A stretch of 64,000 nucleotides of DNA from Octopus sinensis (GCF_006345805.1 NC_043008.1:72664001-72728000), one strand, 5' to 3'. Numbered from the stretch's first letter, positions 39,610-52,203 are shown. Numbers and translations: made by a program. Notes: generated by a model not told the origin, from the letters alone.

Positions 39610-39890
39610 TATATATACATATTATATATGCAGACATGTATATATGTATATATACACATACATGCATATTATATATACATATGTATATATATATATATAT
39701 ATACATATTATATATATAATATGCATGTATGTGTATATATACATATATACATATATATACACATACATATTTATGCACATATATATATACACACACACAT
39801 ATATATACATACATATATACATATACATACATATATACATACTAACATACATGCATATATCCACAAACGCGCGCATGTGTGTGTGTGTGT
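39555..39890. repeat. (TA)n/(CA)n compound tract
   Basis: Dinucleotide runs. Confidence 0.9.
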
Positions 39891-40099
39891 GTGCTCATAT
39901 GCACATGAACATGTGACTTCCCAAAATACATGACACAAATTTATTGCAATATTATATTTATAGCAATCACACATATTTCCAGAACCCAAGCATTAACTCT
40001 GCAATTCAAATAATCTTCAATATTAGTGTCAGATATTGGTGCTTTTATACTGCAAAGAAATGCAATCTTGGAACACAGAAAACAAATACAATTCTTTAC

Positions 40100-40253
40100 C
40101 GTTTCCCCAGAATTTAGCCTGTTGTTGTTCTTGTTTCCATAATTCATTTATTTCTCTTCTCTTTATTGTTGAGACTGGTGTGACACATTTTTGTGTCTCT
40201 GTGGTTCCTTTCTCCAGAGGAGGATTAAATCTCAGCCCTGTATGCACAACCAG
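40100..40253 (-). other. Candidate 154-nt internal exon
   Basis: ttattgttgcag| acceptor and AAACG|gtaaag donor; one open frame, LVVHTGLRFNPPLEKG...ELWKQEQQQAKFWGN; no homolog recognised. Confidence 0.35.
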
Positions 40254-40768
40254 CTGCAACAATAACACACACACACCATTACATCATCACTACAATAGTG
40301 AATGATGATCATCCACTTCTCTCTCTCTCTCTCTCTCTCTCCATCATAGCATTATTAGCTTAAATGAGTGGTTCATATTGATAATTAATCCTCTTGTTGG
40401 CTCTAGTGCAACTGTATACAACAAGGTGGCAGCACATGTACATTGGCTGTTGTAACATCATTTAATTTTTGTATCAACATGTCATTACTGGAGATTTACA
40501 AATCAACTGGGTACCCCAGCAATGAACCCCTTCTCAACTGTGAGCAAGCAAGGGAGCCTCTGTATATATATATATATATATATATGGTCATTAAACATGC
40601 AAGAATAAATAAAAGACAGACAGGTCATGTCTGTCATGCTCTTGTTTTACAAGTTTTCTCAATGAGAGCTGATTTGGAAAATTACTATATTTAAATCTCA
40701 CGTTGTGAGGTATTCAGCAGCAGTACTTTGAAGTAAAGATTGTTTGCTAGCATAAAATGCAGTGCTAG

Positions 40769-41090
40769 TTTAGGACGAATGTTGCTGTAATTTAGCCCCA
40801 GGAGACATCGTCTCCAGCTGGCTATACAATATGATCTGTGTCCTTATATTATCAGCAAGGGAATCTCGCACCCCCACTCAACTCAAAACTATATCTGCAT
40901 ATCACAATTTTTGGGTTATTCTGTGCTGATGAAGAGAAATAACCCAGGAATCGCGATACACAGATATTGTTTTGAGCTGAGTAGGGATGCCAGATTCCCT
41001 TGTTTGAAAATATAAGGACACAGATCATGTTGTAGAGCCAGCTGAAGACGATGTCTCCTAGAGCTAAATTACAGCAACATTCATCCTAAA
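40769..41090. mobile_element. ~322-bp palindromic (foldback/MITE-like) element
   Basis: tttaggacgaatgttgctgtaatttagc... / ...gctaaattacagcaacattcatcctaaa; arms of about 150 bp. Confidence 0.85.
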
Positions 41091-41654
41091 TCAGGACTGC
41101 CATATTATGTTGGCAAACAATCTTTACTACAGAGAACTGATTTGGTCTAAAGCTATAACTCCTCTGATATTTATTTCCATTTATACTTTCAGCTCAATTC
41201 CTATCCAGGCCAACCATTACATAACATACAATTTTCAAAAAAAATTTGTTTATTGTATTTTTATTCCACATTTCTGTTCAGTATTTACTAAAGTAAAATT
41301 CTTCCAACAACTTCTAGTTATATAATTTTAGTTGGTTATGTCTTTATATAGGATGTCAATAGCAACATAAGTTCATATATGATAGACTTGAAGATTAGCA
41401 ATATAATCGTTTTAATATGGTATTGTATTTAGAGACATTCTATTTCAGCAATATCGAGGAATATGTTGTCATGAAATGTGCGTAGTAAAGTATATGATTT
41501 GAAATAAGAATTGTAGGTATTAATTTTGACAATTTTCATATTTAGTCCTATATGTACCTATTGTGGATAATGTCATTCAATGATGATTGAGTTGCTTGAG
41601 GGTGATTCTATCTCTTAAACCTATATATATATATACATATATATGTATATGTCT

Positions 41655-41862
41655 TAGTGTCTGTGTTTGTCCCTAATCACTGCTTGATAATCAATGTTGG
41701 TGTGTTTATGTTCCCATAACTTAGCGGGTTGGCAAAAGAGAATGAGAGAATAAGTACCAGGCTTTGCAAAAATATTAAGTACTGGAGTCATATGACTAAC
41801 ATTTCTTCAGGGCAATGCTCCAGCATGGCTGCTGCCTAATGACTAAAACAAGTAAATAATAA
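41655..41862 (+). mobile_element. SINE-A 3' half
   Basis: ggtgtgtttatgttcccataacttagc...ccagcatggc. Confidence 0.75.
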
Positions 41863-42631
41863 GATGCACACATGTACATAGATAGGGTTAGATAACTGAT
41901 GGAAAATGACAACAAATGTAAAAGGCAGTTTTAAATATAACAATGTTCTTAGATCTGTAAACTCAAAAGTATTCTAAAAATATCTTAGTCTGAGGCAGAT
42001 AAAAATCTTCAGGTAAAAATATTGCCCTGTGCCAGATATATCGTAGATGTACTCCTTCAGTGGATTTGAACACAAAACCTATTAGAAGTTCAATATTGTA
42101 GCTACTTAACTGTTTAATATCTATTGTGCAATCATACATAGAAGAATTAAATGTTTTGCATGCTAGCATTCACAAAGTTTATTTTGCTTTAAATGCTTAG
42201 CCATGTTTAAATTTATAAGTAGGAGTTTATTTAGTGCTGTGAATAACTGCCTGGAGGGTTTATCGCTTTTATATAGTGGGGTTACAGGTAACAGGAGATC
42301 GCTTACTTGGAAAGAAGACTATCAGAATTTAATTCCTGCTTCCTTATAAATTAAATATTGTTTTCACTACAGACTAAAGAATGTCTCACGATGAATTAAC
42401 AGATGTTGTTGCCAACAAAGACATGAAGCCAGTTTTTGGTGACATGACTGTGCTAAATATTCTATGATGTAAATGTAGGTCGGATTTCTCTGCTGATTTT
42501 AGCCAAAGGCAAAATTAGACATCAAAGTTGTTGTAATCAGATAAAATAGCAGTCAAATTTTCTTCATATCACATCAAGGCACCTTCAAAAAGAGAATCAT
42601 TTGATAATTTAATGGTGCTAATGATTTAGAA

Positions 42632-42888
42632 CGGTATTTCGCAAACTTTTTTTTATCCATGAACCCCTTTAATTCATATTTTACCCTACTGAACCTCCAT
42701 AATCATGGGAAGTTTAAAAAATCTCATTATGTTTTAACAATTAAATATCATTTGGAATTCTATAAAAAAAAACTTGTTAAAACAGTTTGTGTATTGTAAA
42801 AGTATAACCAATTTATTGTATGTAAACTTTAGCAACAGAATCTTATGAGGACCTCCAAGGGCCATGTCAAAGCTGTTGAGAACCATTG
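42632..42888. mobile_element. hAT (Charlie/Buster-like) MITE
   Basis: 8-bp TSD ATTTAGAA at 42624-42631 and 42889-42896; degenerate TIRs including gttgagaaccattg. Confidence 0.6.
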
Positions 42889-43179
42889 ATTTAGAATGTC
42901 TTTGAGTACAGGCTTGCTGAAGATGGTTAACTTGGGGTTACGTAACAGCAATGCTAGTACACAGACAAAAAGACTAGGAAGATGGTACAAACAAGTAATT
43001 TGAGTCCAAGATATCGCTGTCTTCTTTTATTGACACCAAAAGCAAAATTGACTTATGTAGATTGTGGATTCACATTGTTAAATTCTGTTTCAATAACACT
43101 GTTACTGCCTCATATACATGGATTTGAGACTTTGACACAGTCATAAATGAAGAAAGAAGTAAGTAGTATAGTTGATTAA

Positions 43180-44033
43180 ACACAAGGAGGTATCAAAAAA
43201 ATTCTCAAACTAGTTATGTTTCATAAAAGACTAACTATTTACCTGAGTTAACATTATCTCCTTTGAAATAGTCACCTTGCACAGCAATACACCAGTTTCA
43301 CTGTTCCTGCCACTTTTGGAATCTGACCTGGAAGTAATTTTCTGTAAGGAAGTCAAGAACCTTCTGGGATTTGTTCTTAATCTCAACAACAGTGTTAAAA
43401 TGGCAACCTTTGGGATGCATTTTCATCTTGGGGAAGAGATGAAAGTCCACAGATGTAAAATCTGGTGAACAGGGTGGATGTGGATGTGATATATTGTTTT
43501 TGGCAAGAAAGGAGAGCTTGGGGACAGGGTGCATTGTCATCATGAAGAATCCAATTCTTTGTGCTCTACAGATCTTGTTGCTTTAGCCGAATGTCCTCCC
43601 TTGAATGCTTCAAAATATCATTGATTATCCTCTGATGGTCCTCATGCACAAGCTGATGAATTTTCTCCACATTTCTTGGGGTAAAGCTTGTGGCAGCCTT
43701 CCAGATGCTGCCCAAAACATTGCATACAACCCATTACCATAAGCTTGCCAAAGCATGCACAATGTCTTTGTAGTTGACTTCTCAAGTGTAAAGCAACATT
43801 TCAGGTTGGCTCTTTGTTCCAACTTCCTGTCCATGACAAAAATCGCAGACTACAGCATACACATGATGACATAAACACAACTTTTACAACTTGTGAAGTA
43901 AACAGAGCAATGTCACTTGGCACACTACCTTACAAAGGTATCCAGCAGCTCGAACTCCACACACACAACTGTGTGCTGTCATCAGTTGGTGCACTACAGA
44001 ACTAGTCTGGGAACCTTTTGACACCACTTCATA
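43180..44033 (-). mobile_element. Internally deleted mariner
   Basis: TIRs gaggtatcaaaaaaattctcaaactagtt / actagtctgggaaccttttgacaccac; MDRKLEQRANLKCCF and HPPCSPDFTSVDFHLFPKMK. Confidence 0.88.
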
Positions 44034-44464
44034 GACCCATTATTTTAGCAGTAGCTGTTATTGATAACAATATATGAAGACTGAGAGAAAGCATCAACCC
44101 CAGCAGGATTTGAAACCACAACATGTAACTAAAAACTGTAAAGTGTCTATGTTCTCATGATTCTGGTACATTGCTACTGCTGCTGCCCTCTATATAACTT
44201 AAAACACAAAAAGAAAGTTTATATGTTAACTTTTAACATTGCATTGAAGATTTTGAAAATTTTCTAAATCAAAACTCTGTCTTGTAAGAATTGAGCAGGA
44301 AATACTGCAGAGTGGTTTCTTTATCCAAATGTTTAGTGTTGCAACAGGTGCTCTGATTTTTGTGAAAATTGACAGTAGAGTGGAAAAGATATTTTTTTTT
44401 GCATGGAAATAGTTATCTGTGCTAAAAGTAATTGTTTTGCATCTGTGATTGTTATTTTATTACA

Positions 44465-45520
44465 GGTCAGCTCAAGTGTGGGGGCATGCACCATTGCAAC
44501 AGATCACTGCATCCACCAATTGTTGATATTTCCTTGGGTCATTCCAAGCAACTCTCCAAGCAGTGTTCCAGTCAGTCTCCATCTCTGGAAGGGACTTCCT
44601 CATCTGCTGTGACATGTAAGCCATCATCCCAGCCAAATCCCCAGAAATGAGAGCATGATACACAAGATCCAACTCAAAAAGCCAAGAAACAGGATCAGAC
44701 AGTCTGAACTGACATTCCCAAATAATACCAGTAACAGGGCACATCCAGTTTCCATGTATTGTCAAGGGTTGGATATGAAATCTAACCCATGGTAAACTAT
44801 AATCCTGTGAAGCATCCTGGTTTCAACGGAGTTTAGTCAGGTCTTAAGGGCCCCAAACTATGTCCAAGACTCTTAACTATAGACCAAGGTAGGGAGGATT
44901 AAAACTTGAAGACCCAAATATTTGTCCCCCTGCTCAAATATTGGCAGTGCCAAGCACACTTCTCCTGTGAGTTCACAACTGCACCAGCATGTCCAATTCT
45001 TAAGACTTTGGAGTCATATCTAATGCTGTTATAGATTACACTGCCAAGGTAAGTGAAGCAGTCAACACTTTTGACATTCTCACCCACAACAGATAAGATG
45101 AAGTCCACCAAAAAAAAACTGGATCTTTGAAATGATTTTAGAAATTCTAAGGCCATGTGGTACTGCTTCCTCACACTTATTAATCCAGAAACTCAGCAAG
45201 AATAACTGCATTATTGGCAAAATCTAGGTCAGTAATCCTAGTTTTACCAATGAGTGCTCCACAACTCTACTGAACCTACATCTGACCAAGTATCCAGTCC
45301 ATGCAGACATTGACTAGAGTGGGATCCAAAACACAACCCTCACAGACCCGAGATCTAACTGACAAAAATAAGATGCTATGCCTCCTACTCAATCAGAACA
45401 GTGCTCATTGTTCCAGTATACAAGGCTGCCTTCAGCCCAACCAGTCAGGTAGATATGCCTTGTAGCTCCAGAATCCTTATTGCTAAATGGCAGTTAAGAC
45501 CAACTTCATTTGAGATTATG
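44465..45520 (-). mobile_element. RTE-type LINE 3' portion (RT to 3' end)
   Basis: EGCVLDPTLVNVCMD, DLDFANNAV (FADD), FTYLGS, LVDAVICCNGACPHT*, tgagctgacctg-like tail. Confidence 0.85.
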
Positions 45521-46734
45521 ATTCAAGAATTCTCCAAAATTGAATGGTATTAAAGAAAAGGACAGACTTATTGTTGAGAGATAAAAGGAAACATACACAT
45601 ACATATGCACACATGCATGCATTCACAAGCTCATCTTATTCTGTGTTAGCCAGTACAAACTGTTTAATGGTCAGTTCGTCAGTGACTGAGCTGGTAAACC
45701 TACCAAACCTATCAAAGTGCAGATGAACTCAGGAGAGTCATCGGCCCTCCAACAATATGTATTTAGGATCATATTGGTGCACTTGTATATTATTTATATA
45801 TGAAGGTGTTTGTGACTCTATGTGTGTGTGTGTGTGTGTGAGACAGGGAGAGAGAGAAAGAGACAGACAGACAGACAGACTCATATTTGTCTAATTAAGA
45901 TGTTGACTTTGCAAACACCTGGTGCTTAATTCTGTTTCTGACAAGTGTCTTTGTTCCCTTATTTAGCCAATTCCTTGTGAATGGAATTTTGTTGACAGAA
46001 ATTGCACGGAAGACCTGTGTGCACAAGTGTGTGTGTGTGTTCATATTGACACAGTTGATCAGTGATTCAGGATACATGGTTGCATGAGAGAAGTGTCATC
46101 ACTAAAATAAGAACTGAACTATGACGTAGTGTGGAGCTGGTTGTCGCTGAGAGGTAGGGTTTGGTGTGGCAGGATGTAAGATGGGATGTGATGTTCTGTA
46201 GTGTGATGGAGTGGAATATGATGAGGATATAGTAAGATGTGAAAGTGGTAGGATATGATGTTATGGTATAGGGTAGCATGGCTAGATATAATCAATATTG
46301 ATCAATTATATTATAGTTGAGGTGATAAATTTTGAAAAATGATGTCAATGTATTTGGATTATTGAATAAAAGAACAAAATACTTGCATAAATCACCCAAT
46401 GACTCCTGCTGCATGTAAACATCATAGTAAAGTGCTGTGATAGTTATGTAGAAAGACATGGAATTTTGATCATTAAGAAGACAATGTTAGTGTTTATTTG
46501 CATATGTCATGTATAGTTGTGCCATCTTCACTGCTGGACAAAGGATAAACACGTAAGAGAAGCACTAAGCAGTGATAAATGAAATTGCAATGTTATCAAC
46601 AGTCCAAACATGTTTGATGCCCGTTCAAACTGGGGAACAAGTTACACACTACATGTTATCATGGAAAATATATCTCACTTGTTGACAAATGGTGTGTATA
46701 CACCTAGATTAACTCGCAGTGCTACCTACCTAGA

Positions 46735-46782
46735 CTGTGAAATGTTAGCATTTTGGAGTAGTTGTCTTCTCATCAATCACAG
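46735..46782 (-). ncRNA. Degenerate hammerhead (left arm, mirror copy)
   Basis: CUGUGA-UUGAUGA-GAAG(ACAACUA)CUCC-AAAA-UGCUAACA-UU-UCACAG; C3 and G12 are mutated. Confidence 0.6.
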
Positions 46783-46839
46783 ACACTAAGGTGGTGCTGC
46801 GAGCTGATCTAGGTGAATACACACCATTTGTCTTAGTGT

Positions 46840-46887
46840 CTGTGACTGATGAGGAGACAACTACTCTGAAATGTTAATGTTTCACAG
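46840..46887 (+). ncRNA. Type I hammerhead ribozyme (right arm)
   Basis: CUGUGA-CUGAUGA-GGAG(ACAACUA)CUCU-GAA-A-UGUUAAUG-U-U-UCACAG; stem I extended by CUUAG/CUAAG after a bulge. Confidence 0.75.
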
Positions 46888-48641
46888 TCTAAGTAGGTGG
46901 TGCTGTGAGCTGATCTAAATGTATACACACCATTTGTCAACACGTGAGATATATTCTCCGTGACAAAATGCAGTGAGTAGCTTGTTCCCCAGTTTGAACG
47001 TACATTGAGCATATTCAGACTGATAATAATGTTGCAAAGGATAAACAGTTCATGTCTTCTTGTCTGATATTTTGCTGGTTCAGCCTAAACAACTCCTTAC
47101 TAAAATTAAAGTACTTCTCTAAAATTGATTTTGAAGTATTTAGAGAGCTGAATCCAACTATTCAGCTTCTGTTCTAAGTAGTATAGCTTAGAGAAGGTTG
47201 TGGGCTTTGCCTAGTTAACCTGTCTTGAACACAATCACTCACTCTCTCACTTCTTGTGTTATTACTACAGACATCTGTAATCAGAAATCTTTATATCAAA
47301 ATCTTAAGCTTCCTAGTTTTTTTGTTTTTTTTAGTGCTGGTTATGAAGGAGGGACAAGCTACAGTAGAGTTATACCATTGCCCTCTTTCAGTTTATTTAC
47401 AGTTCACTCTGCTAGTTTCCTTCTTCCATGAGCTTCCCTCTGAGTCACAGGGCCTATATAATCTTTACACAGTGGTACTGGTTCACATGACATCAGAGCA
47501 TGCTCAACATCAGTGGGGCCAGTGTGATACATGTATGGACCAGTCCTTCTCCAAGTCCTGCATGCCTTAGCCACAAGATCAGCTCCCACTATTTACCCAG
47601 TAACTAAGGCCCTTAACAATACTGCCATCTCAGACCAAAGTGGACTTGGGAGTAGTGATAATTAAGGAGCAACTCCACACTCCCTAAACTACTTAACACA
47701 TGAGCTGGAGCTGTACTACTTGATGTCTTGCCCAGAAAATTGTTTGATTAACAAACACTCCACAAAAATGGTAACTTCATTGATGCTGCTAACATGCACC
47801 ATCAGCAAAGGGCCCAACTGAGCTGATCCTAGATACACTACATACATGATTAAGTCTTTAGTGGTGTAGTAAAGGCTTATGAGTTTGCATTACAATCACA
47901 AGATCTTGGGTTCAATCCAGCTATTTGACATCTAGGCCAAATGTCTTTTACCGTTTTGTTGGATCAATCACAGCCTTAGGAGTGAAACTACATGAAATCT
48001 GATTGGGTGGATTATATATATAATTAAAAGGTGCAGCCTTATTACATATTGTGCTACCCTCATTTGGCTTGTGAATTTTGTTAAGGAGAGCTTCATCCTT
48101 GGAATACTCAACCACTTAAGTGATAATTTAATGAAGAAGTATTTCAGTTGATTGAACAACTCAGTGCTCATTGTCAAAACCAACAGAATCTCCATCATCA
48201 GTGTAGCTTAAGGTGTTGATGGTGGTGTCAGTGGTGGTGGTGGTGATGTAATAGTTGAGTGTTCACTATGTGAGATTATTTAGTCATTGTCTCACTGACT
48301 GTAATGAATTATTCAGTCTCTGGAAGTAATTCTTTATTCTGTCAATGACACATAATTTACTTGAACTTCTGAAGGAAATGGAGACACACAAACACACGCA
48401 CCCATACATGATGATAATGGTAATGACGACGACGACGATGATGATGATGATGATAATAATAATAGTAATAACTGTGTTGATAATAGAGGGAAAACAATGA
48501 AATTCGTTGAAATCTAAAACAGACGAATGATTAAGCTGTAGAAGGAGACAAGAAACTAGCGATCATATATATACATACATATATCCTTATATATATACAC
48601 AACTCACACATACACATATATATGTATGGTAAATAATAATA

Positions 48642-48683
<42 letters not shown>

Positions 48684-49629
48684 TACATGTGTGTTTGTGT
48701 GTGTGTGCTTGTAAAGATTTGCGAGATGCAAAACGACAGCCAGGATATCCGATAGGTTCCAGGAACAAAAGAAAGGATCAATAGTGTAGAATAAGGCGCC
48801 CTATTTCAAGACACTAACACCCACTTCATACAATGGTCCCACCTATCGTTAATTACTTACAAGACTCTCTCAGTTTCAGTTTATCATCTTTTCATTAGTC
48901 CATACACAGATCCACTTACAGGTTTGACCATGGATGATTGCTGGTTGGGAGAACAGGGATGTTTTCTTAACTACAGTCTGATACACTTTCTTCTGGACAC
49001 TATATCACCAAATCACAAAATTGACAATAAAGAGGATGGTGATGATGACAGCAATGATTTCTGGGAATAATGAAGGCAAAAATCTATGTGCAAAATAATT
49101 GATTCCTGGATCTTATTCTTTAATTTGATATACAAAGTAATGTAACTCAATATCGATGCTATACACTTGCATGAAAGGTTGTGTATAATATATCTATGAC
49201 ACACATGCACACACATACATACACATTTAGATTATATTGTATTAAGGACTGATGTATGAATGACAAAGAAATAAGGAAGATATCGGCTAATCAGTAATAG
49301 CAACAGCAATGATATTTTCTGTATTAGCCATAGGGGTTCTAAGAGATAGAACAAAACATGAAGTTTGCAAGGAAAATGTGTGAAATATGGAGGATACATT
49401 ACACAAAATTCAAAAGCAATAGTTAGTGGGTAAAAGACTTAATGCAAAGGGTTTAAAAAGCACAGTTATTTTCTTAGAAAGCATTAAAAGTACATAAAAC
49501 AAGGAGATTAAAGCTGGTAAAAAATCTATTTATGTAACATTTTTACTGTGTGAGTGAATATATATATATATATATATATACATACATATATATTCATACA
49601 TACATATATATGTATATATATATATATAT

Positions 49630-50016
49630 ATATATTATATAAAATCTGTTCTATCTGTCTGTCAGTGTGTCTTCTAGGATCTCGGGCATCCTCCATCCGA
49701 TTGCGCTTAAATTTGACATGTAGATACTGACGGTAACAGGGCGTGTATAAGTCTTGAAAAAATGACAAAATCGATTCCAGATGAGAATGTGATCGATAAA
49801 GCCGTGGGAACGTGCATTTGTACGTGCAAGTACATCAGCTGTTGTGATCGATACTATGCGTACGCAAGAAAAATGCATGTGCGGTTTGCACAAAAAAAGC
49901 TGGCTGGCTTGAATGCCACAAAATGGGACGGTCAGACAAGTTGTTTTGAGAAAATTTGGTTTAAATGTTTGACAACTCAGCACTGTCCATTGGACGGTGG
50001 GGGCACTGTTTTGCTC
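49630..50016 (+). mobile_element. Non-autonomous Helitron-like element
   Basis: atataaaatctg-(tctg)n 5' region; subterminal hairpin cactgtcc-att-ggacggtg at 49981-49999; CpG retained. Confidence 0.55.
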
Positions 50017-50049
<33 letters not shown>

Positions 50050-50783
50050 TATCTTACTATAATGGGCATTATGTCCATCTATCTGTTCTCACTTCATGGT
50101 AAAACAGCTGGACCAATGCTTACGATATTTTTAGGGATTGTGAAGGTGGTCAGGAAGGTTTTTAGTGAAAAAATGTAAAAAAGTATGATTATTTAGTGGA
50201 TATTGAGTTTTATATTAATGAATCCGTTTTGATTTTTCTTGTTACAATCCCAGAGACGAGGATTAACTCTGGATTCCCCCACCCCCGCCCATATAGTTCG
50301 TGAATTTTGAGGGTTTAGATTTGTGATACGTTCCCTTTATTTCCCATCATAGATGGGCAGATTTGCTTTCTTACTATAATGGGTGTTATGTTCATCTGTC
50401 TGTCCGTCTCTTTGTTCCCTCTTCATGGCCAGATAGCCGGAATAATGGTAACGATATTTTCCAGGATTACAAAGACGGTTGTCAGGAAGGTTTTTAGCAT
50501 TAAAAAACCAGAAAGTATGATTATATGGTGGATATCGAAAATTGAATTGATAAACCACCTTCAAAAAATTCACCGACCACGAGTAACTCTGGATTTTCAT
50601 TGTATAGTTCATGGCCCCATCATAGATACAAAGTGGGTTGCAAAGATGGTTAATAGGAAAAATAAAATGGAAAAAGTGTGTGTCAGTATATAGTGTGCAT
50701 GATTATTTAGTGGTTATTGAAGTGAGCCAGTCTTGAGCAGGATTCGAAATGGTTAATCAAAGTGGATGTTGTTTACATCTCAG

Positions 50784-50849
50784 TTTTGCCAATCAAAATA
50801 ACCCATGGTACCAGAACATCCAGACATTATTCACACAGAACAGTGAGAG
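50784..50849 (+). other. Candidate 66-nt exon
   Basis: tacatctcag| acceptor and GAG|gtaagt donor; open frame FANQNNPWYQNIQTLFTQNSER. Confidence 0.3.
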
Positions 50850-51324
50850 GTAAGTCTTTGTTTGAGTTTTTGCAACCCTAAAGATTCTGCTCATGCATTC
50901 ACAGCAAACAAGCCACAGCAGTAGCCACTGGATTGTGTACGTGCATTTTTACTCACTCCAATGTTTACACATGGCCAATTAGAGGTCACTATGAGTAGAG
51001 TAACGAACTCCAGTAATTTGAAAATTAGTGTCGACCAAACAAAAATATCATCTACAAAGAAGTTTTGTAATCATATTGATATCAAAAGGAATATGATTCA
51101 TAGTTTAAATAAGGAAATTTGTGAACTTTGAATGTATAAGAGTGTAAACAAATGTAAAATAATGTAGATAACTAAAATAAAGGTATGTCTAAATAACATT
51201 ATTTTCTTAATACTTTTTATGTAGTGGTCAAAGGAAGCTCTCGCTTTCATTAGGAATGGTCCACATAAACATGATACAGAGGCTGGGAGTCTATTTCAGT
51301 TCAGGGGTTAATAGTCCTCACATG

Positions 51325-51805
51325 TCGCTTAGTTGCAAACACGTCATATAGCTGCAATAGAATGTCGTATCACCAACAATAATGTGATTTCTCTAAGACA
51401 TGTAGTGATGCTACTGTGTAAGGTTCAGCGCGCATGCGCAGAATGGGACTACTTTCGGGTGGCCACCGAAATCTTCCCCATGCGCATGTGCAGGAAACTG
51501 ACCCCTAAGGCACAGTCCACTCACTCACTCTCTCTGGCGCTTTCAGCCCTCGTGAACAGACGTGCATTTGGTAGTCTCTGAGAACTCTCCACCGGCTTAG
51601 CAACGGACCACATCGAATCACTTCAATCAACCAACAAGAAGCAGTACAAAGATTCGGCTGTCGTTTCCCCTCAGAAAATACGCACACCATCATGAGTAAT
51701 AAACAACAATTTGCTGTCTTTCCCAGATAACCTGACTTCGTCTGTTATATCTAACTAAATTGAATGTGACGGGATCGGATTGGACACCCCTTCAGTGATA
51801 CCGAT
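51325..51805. promoter_or_regulatory. CpG-rich promoter-like segment
   Basis: About 22 CpG by manual count; GCGCATGCGC at 51430-51439 and TGCGCATGTGCA at 51481 (NRF1-like), GGGACTACTTTC at 51445 (ZNF143/THAP11-like), CACGTCA at 51340 (CRE-like), CTTAGCAAC at 51596 (RFX half-site). Confidence 0.5.
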
Positions 51806-51976
51806 TCCAGATCCTGTTACAGACACCACCCAGTAATCTATCAAGTCCATTTGCACATTTCTCAATAAATACTGCTGTTATGACTTCCTTTCTGATTTAA
51901 TGCCTCCATCATAGATGGGTAGATTCGTTAGTATATATAAACAAGTACTGATCTGCTCCATAAATAGTGCCTATCT

Positions 51977-52203
51977 TATTTCTTTATTTCCCACAAGGGG
52001 CTAAACATAGAGGGGACAAACAAGGACAGACAAAGGAATTAAGTCAATTACATCGACCCCAGTGTGTAACTTAATTTATCGACCTTGAAAGTATGAAAGG
52101 CAAAATCGACACTGGTGGAATTTGAACTCAGAATGTAACTGCAGATGAAATACCACTAAGCATTTCGCCTGGCATGCTAACGTTGCTGCCAACCTTGCTG
52201 CCC
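51977..52203 (-). mobile_element. SINE-B with target-site duplication
   Basis: 11-bp TSD AGTGCCTATCT at 51966-51976 and 52211-52221. Confidence 0.85.

Larger units (their letters stand above)
46585..47037. mobile_element. 453-bp foldback element with 206-bp arms and a 41-bp loop that duplicates part of the arm (inverted pLTR-like)
   Basis: Arms 46585-46790 and 46832-47037; loop 46791-46831 approximately equals 46897-46937. Confidence 0.85.
50052..51931 (+). mobile_element. Composite head-to-tail Helitron-like array
   Basis: 5' TCTTACTATAATGGG at 50052 and 50369; 3' hairpin CCCATC-ATA-GATGGG at 50343 and 51906 (partial at 50617); terminal TTAG-T at 51928. Confidence 0.6.

Noticed and set aside
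40920-40950. CTGATGA...GAAA at the centre of the 322-bp palindrome as a hammerhead
   Set aside because: Only 3 nt between the core halves; no stem II, I or III
42373-42500. Exon candidates on either strand (MSHDELTDVV... / ...TCATC|gtgaga)
   Set aside because: Conflicting strands, weak donors or acceptors and no recognisable protein
49762-50178. 138-aa ORF
   Set aside because: Runs across two Helitron-like units and a (TA)n tract
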